Source of the DNA: Octopus sinensis
Lineage: Eukaryota
NCBI RefSeq assembly: GCF_006345805.1
Contig: NC_043002.1
Location: 107,322,001 to 107,386,000, forward strand
Direction: 5' to 3'
DNA length: 64,000 nt
Shown: piece after piece, positions 10,666 through 22,185 of the stretch
How the letters are laid out: each line of letters starts with the position of its first letter
Position numbering within the stretch: the stretch's first letter is position 1
Notes under the pieces: model-generated
The model's database searches: none
Seen by the model: only the letters and a program-made list of their open reading frames with translations
What the model was told of the DNA's origin: nothing
Program-made: the position numbers and the translations under genes

Positions 10666-11559
10666 TTGAGTTATACTTAGATTGTGATTTCTGCAATGTG
10701 GTGCATAAATTGTCAAGTAAATGAGAGGCATCTTTGCCTCCACTGATTCAGTTGCAAAGTGTTGAGTAAAGTTATTTGGTTGCAGACCTCCTTTCAGTCT
10801 TTTTATTATCTCTGGGTCACACATAGTCCCCAGATGGTAACATTCATTTCAAGGCCTTCCCAGATGGTTATTCAAAAACATTTATAGATTGTAAATTTAT
10901 TCTGTCCAGTTACATATCAGTATAGTGGTCATTTGCAAACTCCAGAGGTGACACTTTCATTTCTCCTTAGCTCTCACGTCACACAGTTGTTAATGTTTAT
11001 TTCAGTTGTCACACCCTTTCAATTGCTATAGATCCGTAATGCATCTTACGGTTGTACCCGTCACCTGTATGGTGAGGAATCCTACTTTGGGAGTGGTAAT
11101 GACTAGAGTAGGGTAACTGACTGCTTATTGTGATCATTCGTCTTTTGGTTACCTGTAGCTTTGCTCTCTTTTACAAACCCGGTGAACATATATTTCCTAT
11201 TTCAAAGAAATTCAAACAATAGATATAAGACCCAAGTTAAAAAGATTATCAACAATTAAACTTCTCTGGTTGACATTAAGACACCCACCCCCAACAGGGG
11301 CCTTAACTCCCACATTTTAGAGCTCCATGACCTTCATTTTTCAGTTCTTATAGAACCTTTTAACAGGTTCTATAAGACTTGAATTTTGGAATCTGCGCAT
11401 GAAAATCAGTAGTATGGGCTACATGTGTCATGATTGCAGTTTTTTAGGGTGTGTAAAGAGGGAAATAACCCTCATCGGCAATTTTGATGAAATTCGAATC
11501 ATAGGTATTCCAGTTCATTACAGAAAATATAACAGAAAAGTCTAATTCTTCAATTGCCT

Positions 11560-11591
11560 GTAACACGGGCAACGCCGGGTATCTCTGCTAG
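11560..11591 (+). mobile_element. Helitron-type 3' end
   Basis: cacgggcaacgccgggtatctctgCTAG|t, homologous to the 3' ends at 26779 and 47255; 5' end not located. Confidence 0.6.
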
Positions 11592-11994
11592 TATGTATAC
11601 ACACACCACACACACACATAGGATGGGTGTCCAGCCATAAAAGTCTGTCTGATCCATGTGAGCATGCAAAAGTGGATTGCGTGTTCGTTTCTCTTTTTGT
11701 CATTTGTGATTTTATTTTTCCTCTTCTATATAAATGAAGATATTTCCTCCGTCTGGCTGCTTTTCTCTCTACAAAATGGAAAGTCATTTTTAACAGTCAT
11801 TTTAACGAGTTGTATTTATTTCTCACCCGGCGAGATACATCTGCACCACCGGATGCTCCTGAACCAGTTGTTGAGTGTCCCACACAAGAGGGATCGATGT
11901 TAGATGTGTTGAAACTGTCGTAATTAATAATAAATTCTCGTATATTCCATCCGTCTTTCATTTGGTATCTCTATCTCTGCTTATTTCTGTGTTC

Positions 11995-12030
11995 CTTTCT
12001 GTTGAAGAGCGTAGGCTCGAAACATAAAAG
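11995..12030 (+). ncRNA. Degenerate hammerhead motif (same family as 18141-18176)
   Basis: cuuu-CUGUUGA-a-GAGC guag GCUC-GAAA-CAUA-aaag; A6 and G16.2 differ from consensus. Confidence 0.55.
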
Positions 12031-12148
12031 ACTTTCTCATTTCCCGAGCGTTAAACTAATACATTTGCTTGTTGTTTACATACCCGTCTTCATCTTTTGT
12101 TTCGTTTTTTTTTCTGTAAATTCCAACTATATATATTATATATATATA

Positions 12149-12198
<50 letters not shown>

Positions 12199-12214
12199 TG
12201 TTTATAATTTGTAC

Positions 12215-12515
12215 TGTCGTTACTGTCCTGTTTTTGTTATCATTTTTTACCCCTCTGCGAAAAGATCTCAGAATTTTAATTGATTTGCTTTTCGCAGGAA
12301 GGAAAGTTTCTTGTCGAAGATACGTCTCGCTTTCACCTTCGAAACGTAGAGTAGATGAAACCATAGCGACTGAAGAACGGGTTTTTTCTTTGTGTTAATT
12401 GTCCTGTACTCTGTTTTTTTGTTGTTTAAAAAAATGTTCAGTTCCTTTGGTTTGTGCCTATGTTTTTCGTTTCTCATTGTGTTCGACGTCGTTTTGGTGT
12501 CCTGTACTCATATAT
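12215..12515. mobile_element. Microsatellite-flanked interspersed repeat
   Basis: gagtagatgaaac...ctgaagaa...tgtcctgtactcatatatgc; reverse homolog at about 52283-52445. Confidence 0.6.
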
Positions 12516-12590
12516 GCGTGTATATGTACATGTAGAGGTAGGTACGTACATATATGTTTATATATATATGCATATATTTTATTTTATTTA

Positions 12591-12625
<35 letters not shown>

Positions 12626-12908
12626 CCGTAAAAAGGTTGAATGTAGATTCGTCTTTTAATTTGGAGGTTTCCAAAGAAAGATTTCTATCGTTGATTCTTC
12701 ACATTTTGCTGGTAGTTTACAGGCGTAAATTTGCGAAGATATGGAAGTAATATTTGTATATGATGTGCGGTGAATTTATGGAAAGAAATCCAAGATATGG
12801 AAGTAATATTTGTATATGATGTGCGGTGAAGTTATGGAAAGAAATCCAATAAAACTCATCGATTTAGTTAAAAATGGAGAAGACAAGTTGTTAAAATATA
12901 TAAAAGTA

Positions 12909-13298
12909 CTAGCAGTATCGCTCGGGTTTGTAAGGGAAATAACTATAAAGCATTTTTAGAGAGTTATAGCCAAAAAATAGCAAAAAAAAATGCATTAAAA
13001 ATGGAAAAAATATGATGGTAAATTTTTTTTAAATCGTTGACTCATCGTAGACATTTTTGGAGAGTTACTTCCCTTATATAATAGCGAAAAAATGCATTAA
13101 AATGGAAAAAAATTATGGTAAATTATTTTTAAAATCGTAGACTCATCGTAGATGCGCGCTAATACCCAGAAGGGCTCGATATGAATCACGACTATAAGAT
13201 ACCCGGTTTTGGTTAAACTGCACCGCAAAATGTGGGAGTAGTTAGGAATCTAAATCGGAGTAGACAGACAACACAACCTTACTTTTATATATAAAAGA
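12909..13298 (-). mobile_element. Non-autonomous Helitron
   Basis: Minus-strand 5' TC(ttttatatataaaa) and 3' CTAG|T; homologs at 26779-27294 and 46866-47255. Confidence 0.8.
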
Positions 13299-13618
13299 AT
13301 ATTTATTTATATAAATGCACACACATTATGTGGACAAATAATGCTTTCGACCGAGACGTTACAAACGTCTGAGTCTTCAAGTGCTTCAGTTCTTTGTATA
13401 TACATATATTTACTCGATTACTGATATTTTGTATGGATTCTGTCGTTGTTTTGAAGTACAGTTTTCTGTCATTGATAAAACACACACACATCAATAGAAG
13501 TGCGTGTGTGTGTGTGCGTGTTATATTTTCAGTCATAATAAAAACAATTTTATGTTAATCATCGATGACTTAACTGACCGAAACATCGAAGTCAATGTCA
13601 ATAATATTCTTGTTTAAG

Positions 13619-13654
<36 letters not shown>

Positions 13655-13660
13655 CAAGAA

Positions 13661-13698
13661 CTGTCTGATGAACGGCAACGAGAAACTCAGAGTAACAG
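13661..13698 (+). ncRNA. Minimal type I hammerhead motif
   Basis: CUGU-CUGAUGA-a CG gcaa CG a-GAAA-CUC a GAG UA-ACAG; GUA site, helix II weak. Confidence 0.6.
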
Positions 13699-13800
13699 AT
13701 TTTGTTGAATTTTCTGCTGCTTAAAATAAAGCATATTACTCTACCACTGGTATTTGAGTACTCTTTTTTCCACCTTGTTTCACATTTATGTGTTTACTAC

Positions 13801-13849
<49 letters not shown>

Positions 13850-13852
<3 letters not shown>

Positions 13853-14238
13853 CATGGCTGTGTGCTAAGAAGCTTGCTTCAAAACCACATGGTTCCAAGT
13901 TCAGTCCCACTGCGTGGCACCTTGGGCCAGTGTATTCTACCAGAACCTCAGGCCGACTAGAGCCTTGTGTGTGGATTTGGTAGACGGAAACTGAAAGAAG
14001 CCCGTCGTATATATATATATATTATATATATGTGTGTGTGTGTATCTTTGTCTTCCCATCACCGCTTGACAACCGCTGTTGGTGTGTTTACGTCCCTGTA
14101 ATCTAGCAGTTGAGCAAAAGAGACGGATAAAATAAGTACTAGGCTTAAGAAATAAGTCCTGGGGTCGATTTGTTCAACTAAAGTCCTTCAAGGCGGTGCT
14201 CCAACATGGCCGCAGTCAACTGACCGAAAGAAGTAAAA
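13850..14238 (+). mobile_element. SINE family B
   Basis: Head, CORE-like segment and tail as at 6853. Confidence 0.9.
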
Positions 14239-14255
14239 TATATATATATTATAAT

Positions 14256-14457
14256 GGGGGCCGGTTTATTAGGTTACCCTGGATTTCTCGCTCGTAAAGG
14301 GTTTAGCTTTACGGCGTATCTTCAGACCCCAAACACTGTTGGCCTAGAGGTTGTAAGCCAGCAGTTTGGGGTCTGAAGATACGCCGTAAGGCGAAACCCT
14401 TTATGAGCGAGAAACCCTGGATAACCGCATAAATCCCCCCCACCACCACCACCACCA
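14256..14457. repeat. ~200-bp imperfect palindrome with a hammerhead-like core in each arm
   Basis: Arms about 14272-14343 and 14357-14426; attataat on both flanks (14248-14255, 14458-14465). Confidence 0.85.
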
Positions 14458-14567
14458 ATTATAATATTAACCGCTGTACATCTTAGAGTATGCTTTTCCT
14501 TCGGATTTATAACGACATTATACATATATATATATATATATATATAACACAGATACACGCACATACT

Positions 14568-15323
14568 TTTGTACAAGGCCCGAAATTTTGGGGGAGGAGG
14601 TCAGTCGATTAGATCGACTCCAGTATGCAACTGGTACTTAATTTGTCGACTCCGAAAGGATGAAAGGGAAAGTCGACCTCGGCGGAATTTGAACTCAGAA
14701 CGTAAAGACAGACGAAATATCTGTTTCTTTACAACCCACAAGGGGCTAGACACGTAGGGAACAAACAAGGACAGACAAACGGATTAAGTCGATTACATCG
14801 ACCCGAGTGCGTATCTGGTACTTATTTAATCGACCCTGAAAGGATGAAAGGCAAAGTCGACCTCGGCGGAATTTGAACTCAGTACGTAAAGACAGACGAA
14901 ATATCTGTTTCTTTACTACCCACAAGGGGCTAGACACGTAGGGAACAAACAAGGACAGACAAACGGATTAAGTCGATTACATCGACCCGAGTGCGTAACT
15001 GGTACTTATTTAATCGACCCTGAAAGGATGAAAGGGAAAGTCGACCTCGGCGGAATTTGAACTCAGAACGTAAAGACAGACGAAATATCTGTTTCTTTAC
15101 AACCCACAAGGGGCTAGACACGTAGGGAACAAACAAGGACAGACAAACGGATTAAGTCGATTACATCGACCCGAGTGCGTAACTGGTACTTATTTAAGCG
15201 ACCCTGAAAGGATGAAAGGCAAAGTTGACCTCGGCGGAATTTGAACTCAGAACGTAATGGCAGACGAAATATCACTAAGCATTTCGCCTGGTGTGCTAAC
15301 GTTTCTGCCAGCTCGCCGCCTTA
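14568..15323 (-). mobile_element. SINE A array, 4 units
   Basis: 184-bp period (14746 versus 14930); head at 15323, terminal tail at 14570. Confidence 0.93.
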
Positions 15324-15738
15324 AATACACGCACGCACTGCGCGGAGACGTAAATGGAACAGTCGTAGAAACTGCCAGTCAAATCTACGCGATGTGTGGG
15401 AATAGTAAACGACGGTGTATCCTGTGCATGTTGCAGATTCTCATCGGAAAAGCCAGGTAGTTTGCATGGTACAGGTCATAGACTGGTTGAAACAGGTCAC
15501 TTCGGCCTGAGGCAAATTTCTACAGCTTGCTGCTACGATCACGTTAGTAATTAAGTACACACACACACACACAAACACGTGTGTATTTGTGTGTATGCAT
15601 TGTAATTAGAAACACGGCTGTGATTTTGTTCTATTTCTTTTATAAAGGTTATACCTGGTTGTCGTATGTTTTTCTTCGATAAAAGATAACGCACAAACAC
15701 TCTTATTTTCAATACAAGTCTAAAACAAAATTATTTCA

Positions 15739-15781
<43 letters not shown>

Positions 15782-15851
15782 ACACGCATGGGTGTAATAT
15801 ATATATATAGATATATATATATAATATATATATATAATATATATATATATA

Positions 15852-16088
15852 TTAGGTTGGTGCATAATTATTGCGGCTTTTTTTTCAATAAATTCTATTC
15901 AACAAAAAATTTTAACAAAACGCCGAGCAGAAATTGAAGTAGATCAATTTCTGCTCGGCGTTTTGTTAAAAGTAGATGGTGAATATGCTCCGGAATAATC
16001 GTTTAAAGATGTATTTGTTAAATGTTGTTATTGTTTTTGTTAAATAAAATTTTTTGAAAAAAGCCGCAATAACTATGCACCAACCTAA
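15852..16088. mobile_element. Mariner-derived MITE
   Basis: TIRs ttaggttggtgcataattattgcggc / gccgcaataactatgcaccaacctaa (Hsmar1/MADE1-like); TA on the left. Confidence 0.85.
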
Positions 16089-16090
16089 TG

Positions 16091-17377
16091 TTGGGTTGTC
16101 CGGAAAGTTCGTGCCGATTTATAGCAGCTTACCTTTAGACTTATTTTAGAACATAGTTGAGTCCATAAAATAGGATTTGACTACATCTCCATTTAGAGCA
16201 CAGTTTAAGCTATCTTTTCGTGGAAGAAGGTTTATGTTCCTATAACCTGTGTTAATTTTGTAACCCTATAAAATGGAAGATAAAAAAGTTCATTTTCGGC
16301 ACTTGATGCTTTTCTTTTTCCGTAAAGGGAAAAATGCCTCACAAGCAACCAAAGAAATATGCGCAGTTTACGATGACGTTTCTTTATCCGAAAGAACTGT
16401 ACGGAAGTGGTTCGCAAGGTTCCGAGCTGGAGATTGTAGCCTTATTGATAAAGAGCGATCAGGCAGACCATCCACTACAGATGATGACCAAATCAAGTCA
16501 TTAATTGAGAATAACCCACATTGCACAACTCGAGAATTGGCAGAAAGCCTCAACCTATCAAAATCCGTCGTTCATGAGCACTTGGTAAAGCTTGGGTACA
16601 CAAATCGCTACGATGTTTGGGTACCACATGAGTTGAGTGAGAAGAACCTTTTGGATCGCATTCCCATCTGTGATTCGCTTTATAAACGGAATGAAAACGC
16701 GCCTTTTTTAAAGCAAATTGTGACAGGTGATGAGAAATAGATTATCTACCGAAATGTTCAGAGAAAGCGATCCTGGAGTAAGCGACATGAGCCACCCTTA
16801 GCCACCCTAAAAGTGGGTCTTCACCTTAAAAAAGGCTTGCTTTGTGTCTGGTGGGATTGGAAAGGAATTCTGTACTATGAGCTTTTCCCAAGTAACCAGA
16901 CAATTAATTCTGAGAAATACTGCACACAACTGGACAAGTTAAAAGTAGCAATTCAAGAGAAACGTCCAGAATTGGCCAACAGGAAGAGTGTTATTTTCCA
17001 ACATGGTAATGCAAGACCGCACGTTTTTTGGGGAACCAGACAAAAATTACTGCAGCTCGGCTGGGATGTGTTACCCCACTCTCCATATTCACCAGATATT
17101 GTTCCTTCGGATTTCTACTTATTCAGATCTCTGCTGCCGAACAGTCTTAATGGTAAAAATTTCAATTCCTTGGATGACGTAAAAAGATACCTTGATGAAT
17201 TCTTTGCCATGAGACCACCCCAGTTCTGGGAAGAGGGTATTTTCAAGTTAAAGGAAAGATGGAGACGCATTGTGCTACAAAATGGTTCATATTTGGTTGA
17301 TTAAAAATGTAACGGCAAGTATTTATTGACCTTTTTTTTTCCTTTAAAAATCGGCACAAACTTTCCGGACAACCCAA
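16091..17377 (+). mobile_element. Full-length mariner transposon, 1287 bp
   Basis: 30-bp TIRs ttgggttgtccggaaagtt(c/t)gtgccgattt with 1 mismatch; TA right, TG left. Confidence 0.95.
16273..17304 (+). pseudogene. Mariner DD34D transposase, 343 codons, disabled
   Basis: WVPHEL, TGDEK* (TAG 16738-16740 replaces W), second catalytic Asp is Gly (HGNARPH), YSPDIVPSDFYLF; both ORF halves are in one frame. Confidence 0.93.
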
Positions 17378-17477
17378 TATATGCTTTCGGTGCGAAGGTT
17401 TTTTTTTTTAATACGGCGCCATGATTTACAATCTGCAAGTCGCCTCACGGGCGATTTACAATCGCCGGTGAGGCGAC

Positions 17478-17719
17478 CTTCCATGACAGGGTTCTCCTGC
17501 TTGTATGGCATGGTACAGAGTCCTGTTGCCAGACATAGGGTCTTCTAGCAGTCACCCTCTTGAGCCGGGGCAGTACTACCTTACCTTCTCCAGGTACTTG
17601 ATGTAGGCCTCCGTTTTGAGTCTGATGCCGTATGGGAAGATGAATGGAGGCATAACATCGCCATCACTAGTGATCACTCCAAACACCATGATGTTGACTG
17701 GATGTTTGATTTTTAGCAC
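17478..17719 (-). pseudogene. Tc1/mariner-superfamily transposase fragment (DD37D/maT-like)
   Basis: KHPVNIMVFGVITSDGDVMPPFIF...AYIKYLEKV/VVLP...RPYVWQQDSVPCHTS with one frameshift; subfamily assignment from motif resemblance only. Confidence 0.75.
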
Positions 17720-18140
17720 TCTCAGTACGTGTCCTCAGATTGACACTCAAACACTCTGAAATGTTCATATTGGAGCTTCTGGCGTAAAAGCCAAGTTGTA
17801 CAGCATGTCTTTCCAAATTTCTGGCAGAGTGAATTGCGTGATGGTTCTGTTATTCTCACAGACGGTGCCCTGCTGACCCTACCATACTGTGTAGTCGACG
17901 AAATCAAAAACAAATAATGAGCATGCGCGAAATTAAAAACATAAAATGGCAGCAATTACCATTCGCACCCGGTATGTATGTATGTTTGTATGTATGTATG
18001 TATGTTTGTATGTATGTATGTATGTATGTTTGTATGTATGTATGTATGTATGTTGAAATTTGTAGAAAAACAAAAGACGAAGACAGGTGTATGGACAACA
18101 AGTAAGTGTATTAGTTTGACGCTTTGGAAAATGAAAAATT

Positions 18141-18176
18141 CTTTTACGTTTCGAGCCTACGCCCTTCATCAGAAAG
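18141..18176 (-). ncRNA. Minimal type I hammerhead ribozyme motif
   Basis: CUUU-CUGAUGA-a-GGGC guag GCUC-GAAA-CGUA-AAAG; helix III palindrome ACGU, GUA site, all core residues present. Confidence 0.75.
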
Positions 18177-18271
18177 GAACAAAAGAAAATAAACATAGAG
18201 AGAATGAAAAAACGAAAAAAAAAACTTGTAGATTTCAGTGGCTCAACATGGCGAATATATATATATATATA

Positions 18272-18307
<36 letters not shown>

Positions 18308-19010
18308 CACATATATGTATATATATGTCAGACAATGGATTGATTGCAAAGATATGATCTGCACTCAATCTTTCTACTTTGACATTGTCTCTACTACATA
18401 CATACATATATATAAGTTAATATAAATTTTCTTTCATTTAGAGACAAGGCCCAAACAATTGGTAGTAGAGATAGTATCAATGTATAGAGATTGTGTGAAG
18501 TTCATATATTTATAATCAATCGCTTGCCCGATTTAATACGGTGACCTGGCCCCCTCGGTGTCTTTGGCGGGGACCAGATACTGATGCTCTGGAAAAGAAT
18601 TTTAATACTGCCCCTTAAAAACCACGTGGAGTTCAACATAGGCCCTTAATTAAATCTAATGTAATACAAGTGTTGCGAGCTTCTGTTATATTTCGACTTA
18701 CAAATGTTTTGATACATGCTCAAAGAAAAAAAAATTGAAACCCTTTGATGAAGTTCGCAAAAAGCGAGGGGAAATATGATAAAAAGAAAACATTAAAAGT
18801 CCTCAAATGAAATTCATTGTGTTATAGAAGTATTCAATGAAAGACCGTAAGAACACAGAAGTAAAAATAATTTTTAGTAATTATTACAGTTCAATGAAGG
18901 TCACCTTGGAATTTTAGGAAGGTTTACAGTAGCTGTTATGTTTGGGTTGGGAATAAGATGGACAATTTGAGCCATTCTGCCAAATTGCTTATTAATATGA
19001 TGCCATTCTT

Positions 19011-19330
19011 GAAGGTGATGCGCTGGTAAAACCGTAAGCATGGCGGACAAAATGCTTAGCGGCTTTTCGTCCGTCTTTACGTTTTGAGTTCAAATTTCGC
19101 CGAGATCGATTTTGCCTTCCATTCTTTTGCAGGTCGATAAAATAAGTACTGGTTGTGCTCTGGGGGTCGATGTAATTGACTTATCCCCTCCTCCGAACTT
19201 GCTGGCTTTGTGCCAAAATTTGAAACCAATGTAGCGCCATTTTGGAAAGCAGCGAGCTGGCAGAACCGTTTGCATGCCAAGCAAAATGCTTAGCGGCATT
19301 TAGCTTGATTTTACGTTTTGAGTTCAAATA
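19011..19330 (+). mobile_element. Diverged SINE A monomer plus a head-only second copy
   Basis: Heads at about 19011 and 19245. Confidence 0.75.
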
Positions 19331-19522
19331 ATGCCTTTCTAGGAAAGGGAGTCTCTGGAGTAATTAGTCTTAAGTCAGCTCTGATCCAACCGTGACCATT
19401 TGGTCATATTTCCCTCCTTAAATATACTTCGCTCTTTCAATTCGTCTGTGCTATATTCTAACTATAAAGACTTCGTTTTCACACACACACACACACACAC
19501 ACGTATAGAACAGTGAGTAGGT

Positions 19523-19725
19523 TCTCTTTTATCTCTTTTACTTGTTTCAGTCGTTTGACTGCTGCCATGCTGGAGCACTGCCCCCAGTCGAGCAAATCGA
19601 CCCCGGGACTTATTCTTTGTAAGCCCAGTATTTATTCTATCGGTCTCTTTTGCCGAACCGCTAAGTGACGGGGACGTAAACACACCAGCATCGGTTGTCA
19701 AGCAACGCTAGGGGGACAAACACAA

Positions 19726-19761
<36 letters not shown>

Positions 19762-19932
19762 ACATATATACGACAGGCTTCTTTCAGTTTCCGTCTACCA
19801 AATCCACTCACAAGGCATTGGTCGGCCCGGGGCTATAGCAGAAGACACTTTCCCCAAGATGCCACGCAGTGGGACTGAACCCGGAACCATGTGGTTGGTT
19901 AGCAAGCTACTTACCACACAGCCACTCCTGCC
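19523..19932 (-). mobile_element. SINE family B, full length
   Basis: Nearly identical to 6853-7257. Confidence 0.92.
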
Positions 19933-20909
19933 AATAATCTCTAAGAGAGAACAATCTCTATATTTGTTTGTAGAGTAGAAATATCATACGAATTTGAAAG
20001 ACCAATCCCCATAATCACCACCTGTGATTCCATCTCTTTTAAGGAAATCTTCGGATCGGGGTTTTGAAATGGATGTGCTCGCGCGCGCGAAAATTCCGAA
20101 GGGAGACTTTACAAAGTTTGGAATGTTTCGTGTTATTTTGTTTCGTTATTCTTTAAAGAATTCCGTTCTCTTTTGAAGAACGTAAATGAAAACAGTCGTC
20201 ATATCTAAAAATAGACTCCACAGAATCAGGCGCTCTGGCAGATTTCCCACCGTCAAAATCGTGGCTTACGTCTTGAGATAAAATAAGGATGCATTTACTA
20301 AATCTGGTTCGAGGTTTTAATGTATTCAAGGAGAACAAAAAAATGACAGAGTAACGACGGTTGGAACAGAGAGAGAACTGGAGGAGAAAGGGGGGGGAGG
20401 TCGCAAGAGAACCAAGAAACGAAACGAAACACAAACCAACAAAAGGACAAATAACAATAATAATAATAATAATATTTGATGTTTCATCATATACCAAAAA
20501 GAAATAGATACAATTATATAAACATACATATATACATACATATATATACATACACACACACACACTCTACGCCATTCTCAATTCACGTATTTGTAAAGAG
20601 TATATGAATAAATAAATAAATAAATAAATAAAATAAGTACACGAGTAATGGGTGGCGGGGGTGGGGGAAGTGGTATAGGGGTGGTGGGTAGGTTTCAACG
20701 AAAAGAAAAACAACGTATCGCGTTGAAAGAACTGAAAAGCTTTGAGAAGGAGTTCTTCCCACAGTCCCGTGTTTCAAATTGACTCATCAGGCCACTAACT
20801 CTTTTATCATTATCTACTTACCTGTGTGTGTGTGTGTGTGTGTGTGTATTTTAGGTACAAAATTATGTATACACTCATATACATACATACATACATACAT
20901 ACATACATA

Positions 20910-21072
20910 GGCTGAGGAGTGGCTGTGTGGTAAGAAGCTTGCTTCCCAACTACATGGTTCCGGGTTCAGTCCTACTGCGTGGCACTTTGAGCAAGTGTCT
21001 TCTACTATGGCCTCGGGCCGACCAAAGCCTTGTGAGTAGATTTGGTACACGGAAACTGAAAGAAGCTCGTCG

Positions 21073-21106
<34 letters not shown>

Positions 21107-21320
21107 GTGTGTGTGTGTGTGTGTGTTTGTTTGTTCCCCCCACCATCGCTTGACAACCGATGGTGGTGTGTTTATGTCTCCGTAACTTAGCGGTTCGGCA
21201 AAACAGCCCGATAGAATAAGTGCTAGGCTTACAAAGAATAAGTCTTGGGGTCGAATTGTCCGACTAAAAGCAGTGCTCCAGCATAGCCACAGTCAAATGA
21301 CTGAAACAAATAAAAGATAA
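20910..21320 (+). mobile_element. SINE family B, full length
   Basis: Head gagtggctgtgtggtaag to tail gactgaaacaaataaaag. Confidence 0.9.
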
Positions 21321-21334
21321 ATGATATATATATA

Positions 21335-21648
21335 CAATAATCCCTCGACTATCGCAGTTGTTACGTTCTAAACCCCACCGCGATAGGTGAAAATCCGCGA
21401 AGTAGAAACACTACTGTACTGTACTGTACTGCATATATATATATATATATATATATACGATCTAACTACAGCTTGTATGTGATCTTCTTCTAGCGTATGG
21501 TTATCCACCTAGTGGTTTTTTAGCCCTAAATATACACATGTATTGAAATTTTTTCTGATTTTTCAGATTTTTTATATATGCTAGGCTACTGGTTTTAAAT
21601 TGATATTAATTAAATTAATATTCAATTTATCTCCCTCATTATTTAAAT

Positions 21649-21699
<51 letters not shown>

Positions 21700-22185
21700 T
21701 ATATAGAGGGTACTTATATTATATATTCATAGGTACCGCACGCTAGGAGGGACTTTTGCAGTCAAAACTACTAAAATAAACAAATTGTACCGAATGCAAA
21801 ACTTCAAAGCAAGTCATTTAAAAACAGAATTTAGTTACTAAATTCTGTTTTTAAATTTTAGTAGTTTTGACTGCAAAAGTCCCTCCTAGCGTGCGGTACC
21901 TATGAATAATAGTACCCTCTATATAATATAAATAAGTATTTTCAAAGTTGAAAAAATTTACAGATTTTTTCTCTTACTTTTTTCACGCTAACTACTTGAT
22001 AATTTCTTATAAAGATTTTATCCTATTTTAAAATTTATATATACACATATATATATATCTTTTATTTTAATAATTTGTATATATTTATTTTATAATAAAT
22101 GCAAAACAACACCACGCAAGAATCGACGTAAGCTTAAGTAATAAACCGCGATATGTGAAGCGCGATATGGTGTGGGATTACTCTG
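21335..22185. mobile_element. Tigger/pogo-type MITE with nested sequence
   Basis: TA|caataatccctcgactatcgc ... cgcgatatggtgtgggattactctg|TA; related 5' end at 49386. Confidence 0.7.
21691..21934. repeat. Fold-back inverted repeat, ~245 bp
   Basis: 54-bp perfect arms 21724-21777 / 21855-21908; inner 20-bp arms around a 1-nt centre at 21836; outer 24-bp arms. Confidence 0.92.

Noticed and set aside
10471-10824. ORF MCDPEIIKRL...
   Set aside because: Half of it is antisense to the mariner relic; the rest is unrecognised and has stops just upstream.
12290-12380. GAAACGUA and CUGAAGA in permuted order (also near 52430 and 56990)
   Set aside because: Helix I cannot be formed, so no hammerhead topology closes.
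13340-13390. Hairpin agacgtt/aacgtct with UUGAAGA and GAAA on the minus strand
   Set aside because: The core register overlaps helix II and there is no cleavage triplet or helix I.
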